Shown here piece by piece: positions 38,221 to 50,945 of a stretch of 64,000 nt of DNA. The notes under the pieces are model-generated. The model saw only the letters and a list, made by a program, of their open reading frames with translations. It was not told where the DNA came from and did not search any database. Made by a program: the position numbers and the translations under genes. Within the stretch, counting starts at the first letter, position 1. Each line of letters begins with the position of its first letter. Source of the stretch: Dimorphilus gyrociliatus (lineage: Eukaryota > Animalia > Annelida); the NCBI GenBank assembly GCA_904063045.1, contig CAJFCJ010000012.1, forward strand, positions 1,116,001 to 1,180,000. Reading direction: 5' to 3'.

Positions 38221-40647
38221 TTAGTATATTTGCTTAGTCCGATCTAACTCTTTAAGACAGAGTGCCTTCTTCATAATTTTTTCTTTATAATCTTCCCATT
38301 CAATTTTCGTATCTAAGCTGCATAATAAATTTTCTTCAGTTGGATAGGGTTTGTGCTATTTAGTTGAAATTAAGTATAATTAATTAGTGGAACTATAGAT
38401 TGATTACAAACAGAAACTGAAAGATTAATTACACTTACGTGCATTCTAATTAAACCTATTAAAGAGTCGTTCATAAACTTCGAGAGAAATTTTTTACTAA
38501 TTTGTAATATAACGCAGCCGCCACTCACAAGGCTAACGCTGGCTCCTCTCTCTTCTTCCGGTAATAATGAACGAAGTCCCTATAGTCATGCGTTTTGGGA
38601 TTTGTTATAGTTTTAAATTTTTAATGAATATTCTTACGAAAACTCTTCCGGTTGTTAAGGAATCCAGTTTGACATAGGATGGAACTTTATACATTCTAGT
38701 ATCTTTCTTTTTTATTGTCTCCTTTGCAGTTTCTAAGAAAGAAACTGTACTCTTCGGTCTACGTAATTTCTGTTCAAACCTATTTAATTCCTCTGTTTTG
38801 GCATTTGAACAGGGGTGAGCAGTCTTTGGTCTCAGAGAATTATCTTCTTTAACCTTATAAGCTCTGGTCAATTTTTTAAGATTAGCACTTTTCGACCTTC
38901 TTGGAGCAACCGTTGGTGCTGATAAGGCCCTTGATTGCCTTATCCAATTAGTAGTCCGTTCATCTGACTCGTCCATCCGAACAAGAGAAGTTGATTTAGC
39001 TGAGGAAACACTATATCTATTGCTTTGTCTTGAGACTGGAGGATTATAACTATTTTGCGTATAATATGAAGATACTAGACAAATAAACAGAGAAGGATGT
39101 CATTAATAAGCGAAATATATAAAATTAAGCATTCATTTGTGTATTACTATTTGTAGTGCCTGACGTAAATTGAAATAAGCGCTTCTTATAATCTTTATGC
39201 GTTTCCGTTTCTCTTCTAGCTTCTAACAAACTTTTCCTCTCATCAACTTGGACGTATTGAGTTTCCATTCGTTTTAATACTTTGGCCTCTCCCTGTTAAA
39301 TGATTAGTACTACTTGATAAGTTTAAGACTAAGAGAATTTTAAGAAAATGAATATTGACCGATTTTATAACGTAAATCCATTCAGTTTCGTTGCAATCTT
39401 TCGATATAAGACGACCGAATCTAGGGTAAGAAGAAAACGAACGGCTTCGAATTAATACTAAAGAATGGATGTCATTTACTTATAAGATAAGACTGTCCAA
39501 ACACCAGGGTTCTCTTCTAATTTCTCAATGGGAAAGTTTTGAAAGAGGACGTCATGCTTACACACTTCCAAGTGTCTATAGTCGCTAGAATCTTCGGCCA
39601 TATTAAAAATAGCTCTGTAGTCTTGACTATGAAGCGATAATATTTCACATTTGGTCTTTGTTAAAACGGTAGATTTTCTACTCGATCCACATACTAAATC
39701 TTCTTCCTATCGAACAAAACAAGAGATTGACTGATAAGAAAAAGAAAAATTTTCTCATTCATTGACTAATCCGTTTAATAAATTAACTGAAGATCAGAAA
39801 GGCGAGTAATAACTCTCGAATAATTAACAAAACCTGAAATATTAATTGAAAGTAAAAAGAAAATATACTTACACCAATTAATCTGCCAGGTCTGATATCT
39901 TGTAGTTGTCTCTTTTCATCAGACTTTTCAACCACTAAAAGTGGGCATTGAATTTAATTTTAATACAATTTTTAATGGTATTAAAAGCTCCTAATTTCAT
40001 TTTATAAAAAATATAATGATATGCAAATTTATGTAAAATAAAAAAAAGGAAAGTTAATTTAATTAACTAACATGTTCCCGACAACAATATATATATTCCA
40101 TCAGACATTAGATTCTTACGAATTATTACTCTATTTGGGTTATAACTGTTTAGAAAAGAGAAAGTTACTTGCATATAAATTATAAATATAAATTATTTAT
40201 TATACAGATCATAAGTCATAACTTTGCACATATCCTTTTGCATTTCCAATGAAAATCCGTTGAATTGTTCACAAATTTGCCTTAAGCAGATTAAAACCTG
40301 TTTACGTTAACCTTGTTTAACAGGAAATTCGATTTTTACAGAGTTTTTTTTTTATATTAGATTGGTTGTTTGAATCGATTGATGAAAGCAATAAAACTAT
40401 AAAATTAACATTAACAGTTTCTTACATCGTTTATTTGATCGCTGTTCCTTTCACACGACTTCATACGAAGAATTTGTCGGATATCATCAGTTAGAAGATG
40501 CTAAAAATTGATTATTTAAAAAAAAGAAAGATCTTAATAGAAGTAAATGAGGTTGGTTGATTATATTTAAAATTCATATCAATTAAACAGTGTATAAATA
40601 TATATATATATATTAAGTATATATTTATATGGCATGCAGTAAATATA

Positions 40648-40678
<31 letters not shown>

Positions 40679-41417
40679 GTTTGAATATATACAGTATATG
40701 CTAATATATTGAATTATTAAAAACAAACATTTGAAATATTGATAGTTATTTATTTCTTAACAATTTTAAACTTACTTCGGCTTTAAATTCCCTTGAATAT
40801 TCACTTTGATCAAAAGAGATCTTCTCAATTTTTTGACTATCATTTATTATTATGGCAGTAAAAGGTCGCGGTCTTGTAACCGTTGAATGAGAATCAGACA
40901 ATACGTCCTCGACCTGCTGATACCAAGGTTGGGAAGTAACCCAGGCAGATTGCATGCTAAAAAGAGTATTCAATAAAATCTTAGTAATTCACTACTAGAA
41001 AAGTAAACTCACTCTCGACAAACTTTACAAACATTTAGAACTAGGGAAATTGCCTTTGCAGCCAGCCTAAATCGAAGGAGTGGCTGGAAAAATTAGCGAG
41101 TAGGACTATTAGGTTAATAGGTTTTTTATAACTTCTTACAAAGAATTAACATATATTAAATTATAAGAATAAGTGAACGATGACGGATTCGTTATTTGAA
41201 CTCTTACTGTTAATCCTTTTCGCCATGGCTTTCTTCTATACATAGCCTCTCTTCTCCGAAAGTTCCTTCTCTTCCATAAAGCACCAAGTTTATTAGCAAC
41301 ACTCTGCATTGTTTGAACTTCTTTCGGAGTTCGATTTTGACTCTTTGATAATGCGCTTTTCAACTTTGCTCCGGCTAAAGCATCCAGATTGCTTCTATTC
41401 GCTGACTTTGAAGCCAT
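38221..41417 (-). CDS. cyclic nucleotide-binding domain protein (CNBD1/CNBD2-like), copy A
   Basis: About 13 exons join in frame: PLLRFRLAAKAI, ISFDQSEYSRE, LEMQKDMCKV, NRVIIRKNLMSDGIYILLSGTLV, GRLIGEEDLVCGSSRKSTV, FPIEKL, EWIYVIKSGEAKVLK, SVSLVSGGCVILQISKKF, KPYPTEENL. Collinear with copy B. Confidence 0.85.
40600..40680. repeat. (TA)n microsatellite in a CNBD-A intron
   Basis: TA runs visible. Confidence 0.85.
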
Positions 41418-42900
41418 AGTCTCTTTATTTAAAAAAAATGGAACTTGTTCTGATCTCCTTGTAATCCAAGTGATATTTACTGTTTTGAAATCTCCTTACT
41501 CTTTTTAATCCAAATATCAATTATTCAATCATATTAGAGCAGTAGCCACACCTGTTTTAAGGCCTGACACTCCACACAAGTATATTCTTTTGTGATTTAT
41601 GGCGGTGTTAATACACATGTATCGAAAGATATTTAATTACTATAATTTGTCCCGAATAGGTAAATCCACTAAGTCGCTAGAAATCTTGAAGAAATTACGC
41701 AATATTATATGAATTTGTTAGAGAAAAGGTGTAAAATATACACTGGTAATAGGAGAGACATTTAGCGCCAACCAGACATTCGTTGGCAAATAATTCCCAT
41801 ACACGAAACTTGCTTAAGACTATTGACATGACGGCAGCTTGATAAATATTGAGTTTGTCTAAATCTTTTATCTTTTTAATAGCTTATAGGCAGCGATTTA
41901 ATCTTTTCCTATTAATAGTCCTATAATTTAAAAAAATCCTCAACTTTCAATTACAATTGAACAATAATCTTCATTCAATACCTTTCATTTCTCCTTTTAT
42001 TCTCAACGGAAATCCTATAACAAACTCTCACTGAGGTATTCAAAACGAAAAGTTAAAATCCGCTCGGGCAATCACAATAACCACACCAGAGATGGCGCTC
42101 TGAGAGCGCTAAAGATGGCGTACTGCAAAAGTGAAGTAGGAATAGGCTTATATTCTTTGGAGATATTTTGCATATCGAATAAGGGACGGTAAACAGAAGT
42201 TTATCGAGTGGGATGTTTGCAATCATCTCTGGACTTGTATATCGACACTGAGAAACGGTCGAATCGATGAAAATAACGTGACTGCTTAAATGCACCTTAT
42301 TTCTCTTTTTAAAGCAAATGTCCGCTCTGTAATTAAACGCGGATTGAAATACTAGAGAGAAACAAATATTCAACCATTTCAGACTCTTGGTTCATTAAGT
42401 TAAATTATAGATTACAGTACGGTTATAAAATAAAAGGTAAGACTGACAGCTCTTTCTCAGAGAAGAGCTAACAACTAAAATATTTACATCGATAATAGTA
42501 ATAATATATTTTAGTTTTTTTCTTTATATAAAGGCAAGTCAGCAATTATATATTTGCATAAATATAATCCGTCTGTTGTTCAGAAAACTATTATTCAATG
42601 GATTTATTCGAATTATAGAAGGTGGAATTACTTGATTCGATTGCAATGAATCTTTTCTTCGGCCCACCAGCACAGTTTTGATCAAAGTTCGGCTTGAAGT
42701 TTTTTTTTAATTTCTTCAGGATATATTATTTCATATCTCGATTATTCTGTTCAAAAGAGCTTTCTTGTTCGATTAATGAAACTTATTCAATTTATTTTCT
42801 TTTTGTAAAGTTAACTTTACATTATCGTACTGTTGGACATTTGTTCTTTATTTGGCAACCATTTCAACCGGATTATCTGCAACAAATTCAGATTTAAAAT

Positions 42901-44000
42901 ATGTCTGTAACTTGGAATGAAGACTATAAAATATTTAAACAAAAAAGTTTCGTCGAACGAACCAGACCGAAACCTGTTTTACAAACTTTAGACTATATAT
43001 TCGAGAGTACAAGAAAGGTACCTGCCGTACTACAACGCCACCTGACTGATATAATAGAAACAAATGATAACCAACGTTACCGTGTCCGACAAAGGAGACG
43101 AAAAACAAAGTCAACAGGGTTAGTGTTTTACAAGTAGTGGAAAATTAAATAGAAATTATCTAATGAGTAAGATACAAAAGGTATACTGCAAAAAAGCATA
43201 TAGAATTTATAGAGTATTTAAAAAAAGGGAAGAAGATAGAGAACAAATTGAGTATTGATAAAAAAATATTATTAAATACTTCATAACAAGCAAATTTATT
43301 ATCATTTTGTTTACAAATCATAAATCACATAATAAAAAAGTCTATTATTACTGTCTAACCAACTACAATATTTTATGATCCACCATTTTTACTTATCACA
43401 ATAATTTTAATCCTTTTTAAGTAAGTTTTTTCAACCGATTACCTTAAAAATTTTACCTCTGTTACGCAATGTTTTACAGGTAACTATTTTTAACATTTTA
43501 TAGATAATCACCAATTTTAATACACATATCATTACTAAATACAAAGTTGTTATTGCTATTCTCCTTTTAATTATACAACATACCTTTCAACCAGGTTTGC
43601 ACCGAACTTCAATGAACATGGCAAAGAAACATTGCTTACCGAACCGGATCTCATTAAAACTATTCCAATTCCGAAAGTGAACGACGATGTTCTACCTCCA
43701 ATTTCTCAGACAACGAATAATATACAACCAACACTCACAATAACAAGCCCATTTATAGAAAGGAATAATATAAATGTAAGTATCACTAATTGATTAATAG
43801 ATGAAAGTAAAAAAAGTATAAAATTTCAATTAAAAGGAGTAAAAATAAAGGAGATTTAGGAGACTTATATTTTTTGTTTAAAAATTGGTAATTTTATTGA
43901 TTCTTCTAATGATTTTTTATCAAATTCTAACAAGAGGCCATTAGAAGTGAACAAGTTAAAAAATGGGAAACTTTCAAATAAGAGTTCCATTGATCATTAA
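42901..44000 (+). CDS. orphan protein, about 154 aa, 3 exons
   Basis: Exons 42901-43118, 43595-43775 and 43935-44000 are phase-compatible through GT-AG introns. No family recognised. Confidence 0.5.
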
Positions 44001-44084
44001 ACGATTTTATATTTGTAAATTTCACGGTCTGCTCATTTGAAAAGGCATAACGTTACTAGTAAAAAGTTTGTAATCCATTTAATA

Positions 44085-44799
44085 ATGAGTGAAGAAAACT
44101 CTATTCCATTATTCTTGTGGGATAAAGCTATATTAAAGAACAAAATAAGGAAAATAAAAGTTATTCATCCACCCGATTTATTCTCTCTTTACGCTGTGCT
44201 GCATCATTTAAAGGAGAGTGAAAGAAGATTTGTCGCCTATTCATTAAATACATCTGGAAAAAATTTCCAACAAACGACTAAAGACGATTTTTACGTTAAA
44301 GAATTAAAAAAATTAACTAATAAATATGATGAAGGAGAAGAAAATCTAGAGGATACCTTCAAGCCAGGCTCTAATGTTGCCATATATACGGCAAACCTAC
44401 TTAAACCTAAGACAGCTCATGAATTATCAAAATGGAAAACAGCTGGTAAAATTTTGACCAAACAAAAAAGGAATAAGACTATTGCCGATATAACTCAAGA
44501 ATTCCTGAGGCGTGTAGCTATTAAGAAGAATAATGAAAAAAATACAGAGACGGCTTCAGTTTCATCGCTTGACGAATTAAACCAATTAAAAGCGGAAAAA
44601 TCTATTGATAGGCCTACACTTAACAACGAGGTAATATCTTTATAAGATAGTTGTTAGATTAGTTCAACTATTTTTGACTATTTCGAAGGTTATAAGTCAT
44701 ATTAATGCATTGAATAATATCAAGCCTATATACACAAACAAGAAGTGGGCGAAGGGTGATTTTGTTGACATTGGTGGACGAATAAAGACAAATCTCTAG
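44085..44799 (+). CDS. basic orphan protein, about 218 aa, 2 exons
   Basis: Exon 44085-44630 (long open frame), 58-bp intron, exon 44689-44799 (VISHINALNNIKPIYTNKKWAKGDF...). Confidence 0.6.
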
Positions 44800-45007
44800 T
44801 TTTTATGCGTTTTCTGTAAATTGATACGGCTATGTCGCATTTACAAACAATATAGCATATTTTTTGAAGAGTGTTTAAAATCCTAAAGAAGAAAATTTGA
44901 CAGAATTTTCTTATTCAAGTGTTTGTTGAATAGAGAGAAAGAGATTTCCGTTTTCCCCCCTGAAGTCCATAGAAATTTACAATAGGATAGTCTGTTGAGA
45001 TAAAAAC

Positions 45008-48000
45008 ATGAACAAAATCCCTTATAATCCACCCACTTACATGAAAGGAGACGAAAACTTAGATAAAAAGGAAAAACGGTTTATTAAAGTGTCTAGCCGA
45101 TCTCAGACTTTATTCTCCAAATCTTCGGATTATAAGACCAATAATGAAGTTGACGAAAAGCGAGCAAGAAGTGCTGGAAATGGGAGACGAATCAGAAATT
45201 TCGAAAGACAAGGAGATAATCAAAAATCCTGTACACCTTTGACTAAAGATTTATGCTCAAGTAGAGAGGCAATAAACCAACATATATTATTTAAAAAACG
45301 TCAAAATACCATCGGAAACTGCATAGAACGATTTATAAAGCATGAAGGAAAATGTCAACGGAGATACTCTGATAGTGCAATTATAATTAAAAAGAAAATT
45401 GATGTAAAAAAGCGTCTAAATACAGCATGTATTTCAACTATAAGAAGATCTGTTCGACTTATTTTCGTAAGTAAGGATATACGTAATATACAATAGACAT
45501 ACAGAATTTCTATATATATTTCTATACATAGTCTGCATGTCATATGAACTTTTTTGAAAGCGAAAAACTAATAGAAAATGAATTTTTCTTCGTTTATTTG
45601 CCATTAATTATTGAAATTTTCGATATTGATGAATTTTCAGATGATACGCAACCAGTTGTCGTATGAATATTTCATGCTTTTTCTTTAATTAATAGTAAGA
45701 ACGAACAAAATTGCACTCTACTGCATATAGTTTCGCATAAGGCCTTACTTGAATAACCAAGGAGCATAATTTGATATGTCAGTTTATATATTGAATATAT
45801 ACCGGTTTATATAGTGTTCAGTGAATTCAATTCAATCTACCAACAAGATATTTACTATACATATTAGCTTTCGAATGGGTTGTGATTTATTCCCCATTAT
45901 TCTTTTAAAAAAGAGAAGTCACTGGAATATTTTAATAATAAACTTCGCTCTGTTCATATTTTTTCTGACTTTAACTCTATTTTATTATTAAAGGAATAAC
46001 GACTTCCTCACTCTCTCACTCTCTGTTATCATTAGAAAATTGATTGAATTTTAATAGAATTAATGAAAAAATAACATTTAAATTTTTATCAAATCAACTA
46101 TATATCTTGAATAATCAGAAAAAAACAACATATAAGAGATTAAAGCAGCTTATCGATTCATACTAAAAAATATTATCAAATATTCAAAGAAGATTTAGAT
46201 CGACCATTTCGAATAAACTGTCAGTTTGAATGGGATAAACGTAAACTTGCGATACGTACATTTAAAAGAATGTCTCGATCTTTTGTTAGATCGCCTAAAA
46301 ACAATTTGAAATCAACGAATGAGGAGTACAATAGATTGCTGACGAAACGAAGGAAAAAACATCAGATTTATGGAATGAGATTAGAACCAATTACAGAAAC
46401 TCGTCTCCTTTCAAGAGAAAAATCTAATATTAGTGGTGTACTTTCGGAGAATTCGTTCAATGGCGTCTTATCTAGCCCCTCGCTTTCTCGATCGAAAAGT
46501 GCTCTCCTATATAGAAACATTGATCAGGTTTTATATACATAGGGCAAACAAATTATATACATTGTTCTTAATATAAAAGTACTCCTTTTGATATATTGTT
46601 ATCTAAATAATTAATCTATGTATTTACTTATATCTAAAAATGTGTTAAAGTAAGATTTTTCATCCAGAAAACGCTTGTTAAATTCTTTTTTATCTTCTTT
46701 CATTAAACAGCCACTCCTCCATTTTAGAAAGGCGGTGAGAATGATTCAACTCTTACTAAAAGCCACCACATCAAGCAGGTAAAGGGGGTGGGAGATTTAG
46801 ACAATTATCTACTAATACAGTATAACATAGTACGTAAATATATAAATATAATAGTTTCGTAGGAATAACCAATTATCTGCTAGTTTCTATTAAGATCACT
46901 GCTTCTATATTTCCATTTTATTTATCCAAATCAATCTCTAATAGGAAATATGATCATAATTTGAAATTTTTTTATTGTTTTAATATAATGATTTTATATT
47001 TCACAAACTATGAAAAAATAACGAAACATCACATAAATTTTACAGAAATCCTACTAAAACGAAAAGGTTCTACTTTTCTTTTTAAAAAAACAAAACAAAC
47101 GAAAAACAAAAAAAAAACCAAAAAAAAAGAAAGAAGGCTTTGTCAATTTTTCTTTTAATTCTTTTAATTTTTAGTCTTTTTTTTATTTTATTCGTGTATT
47201 AAATATTTTACGTTTTCTTTGTTTTTGTATGAATATCGTGCTTAACAAATAAGCGAACAAGCAAACCTATTATAAAAGATAACTAATAACAATAGCAATT
47301 GTAACTTTAACAAAGTTTTGTTTGCAAATGAACAAAAGCAGCAAAATAATAATGTTACTGCCATTATTTGTTATTATAAAGATTTCTATCATTTTGCACA
47401 ATTTGAATGTAATTTCTTAATTATTATTATCATTTTTGAGAAGATAACAAGAAAATCGCATTTAGATTTTTATTATTTATGCACGATTATTATCAGGGGT
47501 CCGTATGATTTGTCTTCCATAAATTGCACCGGCTTTTAGCCTTAACCCATTTAATCCTCACTGAATTTATCCTTGATAATGTATTTCTATCCATTCTCTA
47601 TGATCGTTAATCACTTTTTCTCTTTTTTTTTGCAAATAATCTTACGTAGAAGGGATAAACAAAGAACGGAAGCTAAGCTACTCTCATTCGCTCAATATCA
47701 AGATGAAATTACTCAATCTAGACGGGGTAATTATGGACCAGGATTAATTTTCGATCCAAATGCCTATAAAGCCCAAAGGGAGGTCCAATTAAGTCAGGAA
47801 GCCAAACTGATTTTATGCATGGATCCAAAAATTCGAAATGACGATCAAAGACACATTGCCCTAGTTTCTCTAAGTCAAGCTGTCAAAGCATTTAGGTTGG
47901 TAAAGAACGATGATTGACAGTTTCTTAGATTAATGTCCTTTGTTATTCTTAGTGAATTTCCTCTGCATATGCAGCAGAAATTGGTTAAAGTTGGCTGGTA

Positions 48001-49651
48001 CGAGAGATTTGAATCAAAGCGAGTTATTATTCGACAGGGGCATAAAGCTGATAATTTCTATTTAATCTTGTCTGGAACTGCAATTGTAACTGTACTTGAC
48101 GTTGACCCAAAAACAGGCCAATCTTTCAGCAAAACCGTTGCTTTTCTAGGGAAGGGTAATAGCTTTGGCGTAAGTAGAGAAAGATCAAACATACTTTTCA
48201 AAATAAATATAGACTTTATAGCCTATTTAATTAACTTTTAAACCTAGGAATTGGCTCTCATGCACGGAGGAACAAGGAGTGCAACTGTCACCTGTAAAAC
48301 TGGCGTTGAATTATTAGCTGTTGGCAGAGAAGATTTTGTTGACATATTTATGCACATTGAAAAAGATAAAGAGCCAAGCCATATAGAATTCTTAAGGATA
48401 ATAAATGAATTTCGAGATTGGCCTATTGAGAAACTTCCGTGGAATGATCCCAAGATCTGCTTATTTACTTTTTTTAGACGAGGTGTTGTCATGTGTCCTG
48501 ACAGTAACAAATCCGACTGGATATATGTCATCAAGTCAGGATCTTGTAAAGTATTAAAATCGTTAGAATACACTCAACCTAACCTCTCCGGTTTAAAACA
48601 AGAAGAGTATTCATCGAACCAATCAACCCCTCGGCGTAAGTCGTTTCTAGTCAATTTTTTTTGTCGTTTTGTGTACGATAAAGTTTAAAGAAAGAGAATT
48701 TAGAGCTAAACTACACGCCCATTAATTCAATGTTAATGCGTCGGTAGTGATTACAATTTAAATAGAGTTTGTGAAAAGGGTTATTTACTCTAATCAATGT
48801 TTCTTTTTTGTTATAAGTAATTGCACCACCTCGTTTAAGAGCTGGATTAACTCAACAGAAAAATCTTACAAGCTTGTCAAAAGACTCCTTAAATGCTGTT
48901 CAACAGCTAGATGCATTGTTGACATCAAGGAAAAGGGATGGTCTTGCAAACAAAGCATTACTTCCACCCATTAAAACTTATAATAAACATAAAAAGAAGT
49001 ATAAAGGTATCTTAGCGTATTTTGATTTACGTTATTTAAATGAATATCAAACAAAACTAGAGATAATATTTGAAAAGGAATTTTTATTGTAGATTATACT
49101 GAGGATATAAAACATAATCAACAATTAGAAAGTTTATTGCGAGAGCGATTATCAAATTCACAGAGTATTCCAAAAATTCGTATAGAAGACGACGAAGAAA
49201 AAAGCCAAGAAGCAGTCAAAAAAACAAAAATATTTGTGCAAATTGCATCTCTGGGCCATAAAGACACATTTGTTAGTAGAATAAAAGTTTTTAAAAATAG
49301 CTGCAGTTGTTTTGTTATTAACATTTCCTTTTTTCTAATTTAATCAGGGATTAGAACATCTGGTTTTTAACGTAATGAGAAAATGTACAAGTGTAACTTT
49401 GGTATCTGATGGTGCAGAAGCTGTTTTAGTTAGTAAGAAATTTTTCCAACAGCATCTTAGCGATGATTTTTTAAAGATACTCAGGAGAACGGTTAGTTTG
49501 ATATATGAATATTTCATTTTGTTTACTCGATTTATGATATAAATTTTAGATAAGGCCCTATCCCACTGAAGATTCTCTTCAAGTAAAATTACAAGATAAA
49601 ACAAATTGGGATGCATATAAAACTATGGCCATTAATAATCAAATATTATAT
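45008..49651 (+). CDS. cyclic nucleotide-binding domain protein (CNBD1/CNBD2-like), copy B; 5' end uncertain
   Basis: Exons include PLLHFRKAVRMI (about 46710-46778), LIFDPNAYKA, FPLHMQQKLVKVGWYE, KRVIIRQGHKADNFYLILSG, GNSFGELALMHGGTRSATV, WIYVIKSGSCKVLK, TLVSDGAEAVLVSKKFF and RPYPTEDSL. Linking the 45008 and 46190 exons to the rest is plausible but not proven. Confidence 0.88.
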
Positions 49652-50859
49652 AATCACTTTGTACATGATTTATTATTTACATAGGTAATTTCTATTTTCA
49701 ATCTAATAAACTATCAGATCAATTTGGAATAGATAAAGTAAACAAATATATTTTTACTTTTACTTATAGTTAAAAATTCTTAAGATTTTTGAAGGACAGC
49801 AATTTCTACTGCAAAATCTAATATTTTCAAATTCATTTACATAGTTTTCGTATAAAATCGTAGAAGCTATCTAGAAAGAAGATACTCTCAAAATCGTTTT
49901 ATAACGTTTTCCCTTTCATTACTCTATACTTTTTGCTGATACCCAATATTTATATCTCCATGTCAGTTTTCGTTTGGGTTAATTCTGTGTCAATTTTCTT
50001 TCCTGTCTATTGTAGGGACTTAACTTATTTAAGCTATACACTTCTACATAGTTTAAATTAATCTATAATATAAATATACTTCAATATTTGATGGAAAACG
50101 CAATTTATAGTTTATTACATAGATTTTCTCGACATTAAAAAGTTTACGAGAAATTTTAGAAACAGATTGCCTCTAAAATGGGATAAGACGGACAAAAAGC
50201 ATTTATTAATTTATATTAGAATTTATAATTTATCAATTAGGAATCCCTCGTTAACTGCTTTATTCTCCTTTTTTGTAGTTTATCAAGAAGCTATGGCTAA
50301 CAACTCCTCTTGTTTTCTTTGATGCATGATAATTATATTACCAAAAGAGACGTATAGAATAAATACAAATGTATTTCTATATAAAATTAAAGCTGAGTAT
50401 ATTACTACTAAAATTTTCTATAGCAAAAGTATCTTTTATGTTCATTATATCCTATATATAAATAAAATATTTTCCTCATATCCACAAGATGGCCCTAGTA
50501 CTCATACGCTTACAAGAAATTTAAAAAAGAACAACTGATCTTCAGTTAATGGAGCTGCGATTTTGTAAAAAAAAAAGAATGTAAGGCGTATTTTATTCAT
50601 TGAAAACAAGAATCAAACTAATGATAACATCAATCTATGCTATACTTAGGAAAAGATTTGATAGTGCTTTATATAAATCAAAAAAACTGATTGGCAGCTA
50701 AAGGAAAACAAATATTTTTTTATTTATTAGACCGTTATTCTCTTTTTCACGCTTTTCAGATTTTATTACTGAAAGAGTAAGAATCTTTTGAAAATATATA
50801 TTTCACTAGGATATGAAAGAAAGAATAAATAGAAAAAGAATATAGAAAGAGAACTAGAG

Positions 50860-50945
50860 GGACAGAGACAGAGAGAAGGTGTAGCGAGAAAGAGAGAGAC
50901 AGAGGGCGGGGGAGGGGGGGCGGGGGAGAGGGAGAGAGAGAAAAA
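50860..50945 (+). repeat. purine-rich GA/G-run tract
   Basis: agagagagacagagggcgggggagggggggcgggggagagggagagagag. Confidence 0.85.

Noticed and set aside
42053-42373. 106-aa minus-strand ORF upstream of CNBD-A
   Set aside because: No recognisable motif or splice link. The region has YY1-like AGATGGCG sites and looks like promoter or UTR sequence.
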